NCBI GenBank assembly: GCA_964611015.1
Contig: CAZSXH010000001.1
Coordinates: 1 to 28,627, forward strand
Direction: 5' to 3'
From: an uncultured Muribaculaceae bacterium
Lineage (GTDB): Bacteria; Bacillota_I; Bacilli_A; RF39; UBA660
DNA length: 28,627 nucleotides
Made by a program: the position numbers and the translations under genes. Positions 25,679-28,627 of this stretch are shown piece by piece (position 1 is the first letter of the stretch; every line of letters begins with the position of its first letter). The notes under the pieces are model-generated. The model was given only the letters and a program-made list of their open reading frames with translations, made no database searches and had not been told where the DNA came from.

Positions 25679-26818
25679 ATGATTAATAAGATTAGTAATG
25701 CCAATGTTTTAATAAATAGTTTTTATGAAGCCAAAAAAAATTGTAGTTGGAAAAATAGTGTTCAACAATATGAAGCAAATCTCTTAAGAAATATTAGAAA
25801 AACACAAATAGAATTAAGAAGTAAGACTTATAGGCAAGGTGAGTTTTATAGTTTCTATCTATGTGAAAGAGGAAAAGAAAGATATGTTCGCTCCATTTGT
25901 TTCTATGATAGGGTTATACAAAGGGCTTTGTGTGACCAATTAAATCCCATAGTTGAACCATATCTAATACATGATAATGGTGCAAGTGTGAAGAAAAAAG
26001 GCATTGATTTTGCTAGGAGAAGAATAGAAAATCATTTGCATAAATATTATAGAAAGTATGGGAATCAAGGATATGCACTCGTTATTGATTTCAGTAAGTT
26101 TTATGATAATATACTTCATAAACCTTTAATGGATATGTACAGAGAAATTATTGATGATGAGGATATAATTAATTTAATTAGTCATTTAGTCGATAGTTTT
26201 TCTGTCGATATATCCAATTATGATAAGACAGAAACTGATTTGTTTGATTCGTTATCATATGCAAAAGCGAATACTGATAACACAGGCGAAAAGTTTATGA
26301 ATAAATCTTTGGGAATAGGTAGTCAAATATCGCAGATATCGGGCATTTATTACCCTCATGAAATGGATAATTATTGTAAAATAGTTAAAGGTATTAAGTT
26401 CTATGGAAGATATATGGATGATACTTATATCATAAGTAATAATAAAGAAGAATTAAAACAGTTACTTGAAGATATAGATAAGATATGTAAAAAGTTAGGT
26501 ATATTTATTAATAGAAAGAAAACTCAAATATTTAGATTAGATAAAGGTTTTACCTTTTTAAAAATAAAGTATAGATTAACTGAAACAGGGCATCTTGTAA
26601 GAATACCAATAAAAGGCAATTTTGTCAGAGAAAGAAGAAAGTTAAAAAGTTTTAAAAATATGCTTGATAATGGCAAAATTTCTTTTAGAGATATAGAAGA
26701 ACAATATAAGTCTTGGAAAGGAAACATATCTAAATATGATTGTCATAGAACAATCAGAAATATGGATAAATTATTTGATGATTTATTCATAAATAATAAT
26801 TCACAAAATTCACACTAA
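25679..26818 (+). CDS. DGR reverse transcriptase
   Basis: GKERYV, DRVIQRAL, DFSKFYDNI, LGIGSQISQ (SQ signature), YGRYMDD, GFTFLK; 379 aa, no endonuclease domain. Confidence 0.95.
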   Translation: MINKISNANVLINSFYEAKKNCSWKNSVQQYEANLLRNIRKTQIELRSKTYRQGEFYSFYLCERGKERYVRSICFYDRVIQRALCDQLNPIVEPYLIHDNGASVKKKGIDFARRRIENHLHKYYRKYGNQGYALVIDFSKFYDNILHKPLMDMYREIIDDEDIINLISHLVDSFSVDISNYDKTETDLFDSLSYAKANTDNTGEKFMNKSLGIGSQISQISGIYYPHEMDNYCKIVKGIKFYGRYMDDTYIISNNKEELKQLLEDIDKICKKLGIFINRKKTQIFRLDKGFTFLKIKYRLTETGHLVRIPIKGNFVRERRKLKSFKNMLDNGKISFRDIEEQYKSWKGNISKYDCHRTIRNMDKLFDDLFINNNSQNSH

Positions 26819-26875
26819 ATAAGTGATATAATGTATATAGAAGATAAGGCAATGAAAGAATTGTCTTTTTTCGTG
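26800..26875 (+). promoter_or_regulatory. Late promoter/attenuator module, copy 3 (upstream of lysis genes)
   Basis: TTCACA 26800 and 26809, TG-A-TATAAT with -10 at 26827-26832, hairpin AGGCAAT/ATTGTCT 26847-26866, T6-CGTG. Confidence 0.7.
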
Positions 26876-26903
26876 CTTTAGTAACTGGATAAGGAGGATA
26901 AAA

Positions 26904-27134
26904 ATGGAAAATAGCAAATTTCAAATTGAAGTTTTGGAAAGATTATCAGTGCTAGAAACATTGATAAAAGAACAAGACTATAAAGGTGTTAAAGAAACAA
27001 GTGAAAAAGCACTGAATATTGCCAAAAATAATGAAAGTAGAATTAATGCACTAGAAGATGGTAATAAGTGGTTAGTTCGTTTAGTTATTGGTGCAATAAT
27101 TGGTGGCATTTTAGCATTTGTATTTAAGATATAG
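26904..27134 (+). CDS. XhlA-like hemolysin/holin-associated protein
   Basis: LERLSVLET...RINALEDGNKWLVRLVIGAIIGGILAFVF: coiled coil plus C-terminal TM. Confidence 0.8.
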   Translation: MENSKFQIEVLERLSVLETLIKEQDYKGVKETSEKALNIAKNNESRINALEDGNKWLVRLVIGAIIGGILAFVFKI

Positions 27135-27149
27135 AGGGGAGGATAAAGT

Positions 27150-27347
27150 ATGAGTAATAAAGTATATGATATTTTAAAATACATTGCCCAAGTATTCTTA
27201 CCTGCATTGACAGTATTTGTAGGTGTAGTATTACAATGTTTTGAATTTAGTTATACAGATATAGTTATTACTATAATGACTGCATTTGATGCCTTTTTGG
27301 GTAGTGTATTAATGATATCTAGTAATAATTACAATAAAAAACAATAG
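27150..27347 (+). CDS. Holin (Dp-1 family-like)
   Basis: MSNKVYDILKYIAQVFLPAL...FLGSVLMISSNNYNK, two TM segments. Confidence 0.85.
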   Translation: MSNKVYDILKYIAQVFLPALTVFVGVVLQCFEFSYTDIVITIMTAFDAFLGSVLMISSNNYNKKQ

Positions 27348-27349
27348 AG

Positions 27350-27373
27350 AAAGAACTAAAAGGTTCTTTTTTT
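27350..27373 (+). terminator. Putative terminator between holin and endolysin
   Basis: AAAGAAC-taaaag-GTTCTTT plus T-run. Confidence 0.55.
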
Positions 27374-27411
27374 ATATATTCCATTAAAAGAAAGATAGAG
27401 GTGAAAAGAAA

Positions 27412-27546
27412 ATGGAAGAAAAAGAAGTAGTTGTTGAAGAAACACAAGAAGTTTTGGCAGTTGTCGAAACAGAAGAAGAAGTGCAAGAAGAGGCACTAAA
27501 TGAATTATCTAATAATAAAGGTGAGGAGGTGGAAGAAAATGAGTAA
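27412..27546 (+). CDS. 44-aa highly acidic peptide (not in ORF track)
   Basis: RBS gaggtg; MEEKEVVVEETQEVLAVVETEEEVQEEALNELSNNKGEEVEENE*; 18 Glu; overlaps the endolysin start by 8 bp. Confidence 0.65.
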   Translation: MEEKEVVVEETQEVLAVVETEEEVQEEALNELSNNKGEEVEENE

Positions 27547-28420
27547 TAGTCCTTTAGTAAACTATACTGCTATTTCACCAAATAGTAGCAATCCTAGAAA
27601 TAATAAGATTAAAAAAATCACTATTCATCATATGGCAGGTAACTTATCTGTTGAAACTTGTGGTAGAGTATTTAATGGTACAAGTCGCCAAGCATCATCA
27701 AATTATGGTATAGGTAGCGATGGTAGAGTTGGTATGTATGTTGAAGAAAAGAATAGAGCATGGACTTCAAGTTCTCCAAGTAATGACAATCAAGCAGTTA
27801 CTATTGAAGTTGCAAATGATGGTGGTGCTAATACTAATTGGCATGTATCTGATAAAGCACTTGCTAAATTGATTGATTTATGTGTTGATATTTGTAAAAG
27901 AAATGGTATTGCAAGTTTAAATTATACTGGAGATGCCAATGGTAATTTAACAAGACATAATATGTTTGCAAATACAACTTGCCCTGGACCATATTTACAA
28001 AGTAAGTTCCCTTATATTGCCGAAGAAGTAAATAAAAGATTAAATGGTTCTAGTAGTACAAATACTGCACCAACATCTGATATTTCTTCTAAATCAGTAG
28101 ATGAATTGGCAAGAGAAGTTATTGCAGGTAAATATGGTAATGGTGATGTTAGAAAGAGTGCTTTAGGTTCAAGATATAGTGAAGTTCAAGCAAGAGTAAA
28201 TGAAATACTTAAAGGAAGTACACCTGCTCAAACACCTACTAATAATGAATCAAATAATGATGAATTATTAACTCTAGTTAAAAAGACTATTAGAGGTGAT
28301 TTTGGTAATGGTGATGCTAGAAAGAAAGCACTAGGTTCAAGATATGATGAAGTTCAAAAACAAGTTGATGCCAATATCAAAGCAGGATTAACTAATTGGG
28401 ATAACATCAAATTATTTTAA
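27539..28420 (+). CDS. Endolysin: N-acetylmuramoyl-L-alanine amidase (Amidase_2) plus two Cpl-7 (CW_7) repeats
   Basis: ITIHHMAG, ASSNY, AWTS, TIEVAN, HNMFANTTCPG; VDELAREVIAGKYGNGDVRKSALG and TIRGDFGNGDARKKALG; RBS gaggagg before ATG 27539. Confidence 0.92.
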   Translation: MSNSPLVNYTAISPNSSNPRNNKIKKITIHHMAGNLSVETCGRVFNGTSRQASSNYGIGSDGRVGMYVEEKNRAWTSSSPSNDNQAVTIEVANDGGANTNWHVSDKALAKLIDLCVDICKRNGIASLNYTGDANGNLTRHNMFANTTCPGPYLQSKFPYIAEEVNKRLNGSSSTNTAPTSDISSKSVDELAREVIAGKYGNGDVRKSALGSRYSEVQARVNEILKGSTPAQTPTNNESNNDELLTLVKKTIRGDFGNGDARKKALGSRYDEVQKQVDANIKAGLTNWDNIKLF

Positions 28421-28436
28421 TAGAAATGTATGAATT

Positions 28437-28472
28437 AAAATGGTAGGATTTTAAATATTCTTACCATTTTTT
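28437..28472 (+). terminator. Rho-independent terminator after endolysin
   Basis: AAAATGGTAGGA / TCTTACCATTTT stem plus T-run. Confidence 0.8.
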
Positions 28473-28513
28473 ATTTGTTTAAAGTATAGTTAATATACGA
28501 AAAAACTTGATGT

Positions 28514-28554
28514 GTAGCCAACAGGTAGCCAACAAATACCCCATTTTGCCCCAT
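28514..28554. repeat. Short direct repeats, candidate integrase arm-type sites near att
   Basis: GTAGCCAACA x2 (28514-28523, 28525-28534); CCCCAT x2 (28539, 28549). Confidence 0.45.
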
Positions 28555-28627
28555 AAAATAAGGGACGCTAATTTACAAAACGTTAAGATTTACAAGTTTC
28601 AATGTATTGGAAAGCTCGCATTTGCGG

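Larger units (their letters stand above)
23305..26818 (+). mobile_element. Diversity-generating retroelement (target-VR, hairpin, avd, TR, RT)
   Basis: All canonical components in canonical order with adenine-specific TR/VR divergence. Confidence 0.95.

Noticed and set aside
25679-26818. RT as a group II intron, retron or Abi RT
   Set aside because: Short, no maturase/endonuclease region, SQ motif, and an adjacent adenine-specific TR/VR pair with avd
1417-27184. Minus-strand ORFs in the track (e.g. 1417-1671, 8732-9022, 12203-12505, 14389-14652, 18863-19216, 20150-20440, 26978-27184)
   Set aside because: All are antisense shadows of well-supported plus-strand genes, with S/F/L-rich composition typical of reverse-read AT-rich coding DNA
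27500-27546. Frameshift fusing the acidic peptide to the endolysin, or start at 27500
   Set aside because: No canonical slippery heptamer; strong RBS directly before ATG 27539
1-28627. A second DGR target
   Set aside because: By eye the GGTGGTGTTCGCCCC anchor and AAC-rich repeat occur only at the VR and TR; a local alignment of the TR against the whole host genome is needed to exclude remote targets
1-28627. Alternative genetic code (Mollicutes TGA=Trp) suggested by very low GC
   Set aside because: Long ORFs are intact in code 11, TGA acts as stop in ATGA overlaps, Trp is TGG, and the phage encodes a peptidoglycan amidase
28590-28627. tRNA/tmRNA fragment at the right end
   Set aside because: No recognisable T-loop, acceptor stem or CCA in the available bases

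Overview
A very AT-rich, all-plus-strand, near-complete temperate siphovirus (pro)phage of a walled low-GC Gram-positive (Bacillota) host. It has an HK97-type head and probably uses cos packaging. Gene order: Cro/Xis-like regulators and replication initiator (1-1978), RinA/ArpU-like regulator and about 20 accessory ORFs including MazG-like, Fe-S-type PAPS/APS-reductase-like and a short tyrosine recombinase (1968-9240), HNH-terS-terL-portal-protease-capsid (9418-15616), neck and tail (15627-24846), lysis cassette (26904-28420), then att-like repeats at the right end. The repressor and integrase module is not in the window. The strongest signal is a complete diversity-generating retroelement (DGR): VR 24750-24830 at the 3' end of the baseplate/receptor-binding gene, a downstream hairpin, avd, an 81-bp TR (25472-25552) and the RT. 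All 6 TR/VR mismatches fall on TR adenines. DGRs are a known class; what is new here is this instance, with its short TR and long Avd. The least explained signal is a module TTCACA-N3-TTCACA-N12-TATAATGTA followed by a hairpin and T6-7-C(A/G)TG. It occurs three times with identical spacing (before HNH/terminase, before portal, before lysis) and looks like an activator- or antiterminator-controlled late promoter. The first copy is followed by a predicted pseudoknot/anti-SD leader. All product calls come from motif recognition by eye; no database search was run.
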